A stretch of DNA of 64,000 bases from an uncultured Candidatus Saccharibacteria bacterium (lineage in GTDB: Bacteria; Patescibacteriota; Minisyncoccia; Phycocordibacterales; CSBR16-119): NCBI GenBank assembly GCA_964426385.1, contig CAYRQF010000001.1, positions 21,712 through 85,711 on the forward strand. The letters are read 5' to 3'. Positions 63,976 to 64,000 of this stretch are shown here, piece after piece. How positions within the stretch are numbered: position 1 is the stretch's first letter; each line of letters begins with the position of its first letter. The position numbers and the translations under genes are program-made. Below the pieces are notes generated by a model. The model saw only the letters and a program-made list of their open reading frames with translations, made no database searches and was not told the DNA's origin.

Positions 63976-64000
63976 ATGAAAACCATTTTTGCTGCAGTAG
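63976..64000 (+). CDS. Start of a probable secreted protein (runs off window)
   Basis: ATG AAA ACC ATT TTT GCT GCA GTA = MKTIFAAV, signal-peptide-like. Confidence 0.5.

Noticed and set aside
1-64000. Alternative genetic code (UGA=Gly, as in Gracilibacteria/Absconditabacteria)
   Set aside because: Core genes are full length under code 11, and several (murE, murD, murC, corA) end at TGA.
1-64000. Window being a Bacteroidota genome or a chimeric contig
   Set aside because: The ribosomal, division and chaperone genes and the gene order are Parcubacteria-like. The Bacteroidota-like genes are interleaved at many separate points with sigma70 promoters, and murE/murD and murC/murF overlap by 4 bp. 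Read mapping is still needed to exclude chimerism formally.

Overview
This is a chromosomal segment of a streamlined Patescibacteria/CPR bacterium, most likely Parcubacteria, using standard code 11. The assignment rests on short ValRS and AlaRS, a PriA with no recognisable Walker A motif, and CPR-typical sigma4/HARE-HTH and PaaX-like genes. Core content is valS, tsaD, an NMP kinase, tRNA-Val and tRNA-Glu, a crtE-crtB-crtI plus lycopene-elongase carotenoid cluster, trxB, ftsZ/ftsA, murABEDCF, mreB, frr, rseP, mltG, mnmA, alaS, infA-rpmJ-rpsM-K-D-rpoA-rplQ-rplM-rpsI, grpE-dnaK-dnaJ, cysS, corA and rplU. The main observation is about 14 self-contained cassettes scattered between the core genes. 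Most have their own sigma70 -35/-10 promoter, an A/C-rich leader without a Shine-Dalgarno sequence that usually ends in RnC-ATG, and their own terminator, whereas many core genes look leaderless with T before the ATG. Several cassette products make little sense in a monoderm auxotroph but fit a Bacteroidota host: a signal peptide plus a lone T9SS C-terminal sorting domain, an LpxC-like deacetylase, a degenerate aspartokinase, an orphan PurM and a lipoprotein. A 1359-aa surface lyase/esterase carries a Flavobacteriales-type terminal domain internally, and murA, murE and murF look Bacteroidota-like. I infer a host-manipulation repertoire, possibly expressed in or delivered to the host. Also seen are 5' elements whose stem includes the start codon (holB-like, grpE, frr) and a four-helix-bundle element flanked by heptamer repeats. 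All family assignments come from motif recognition only; no database search was run.
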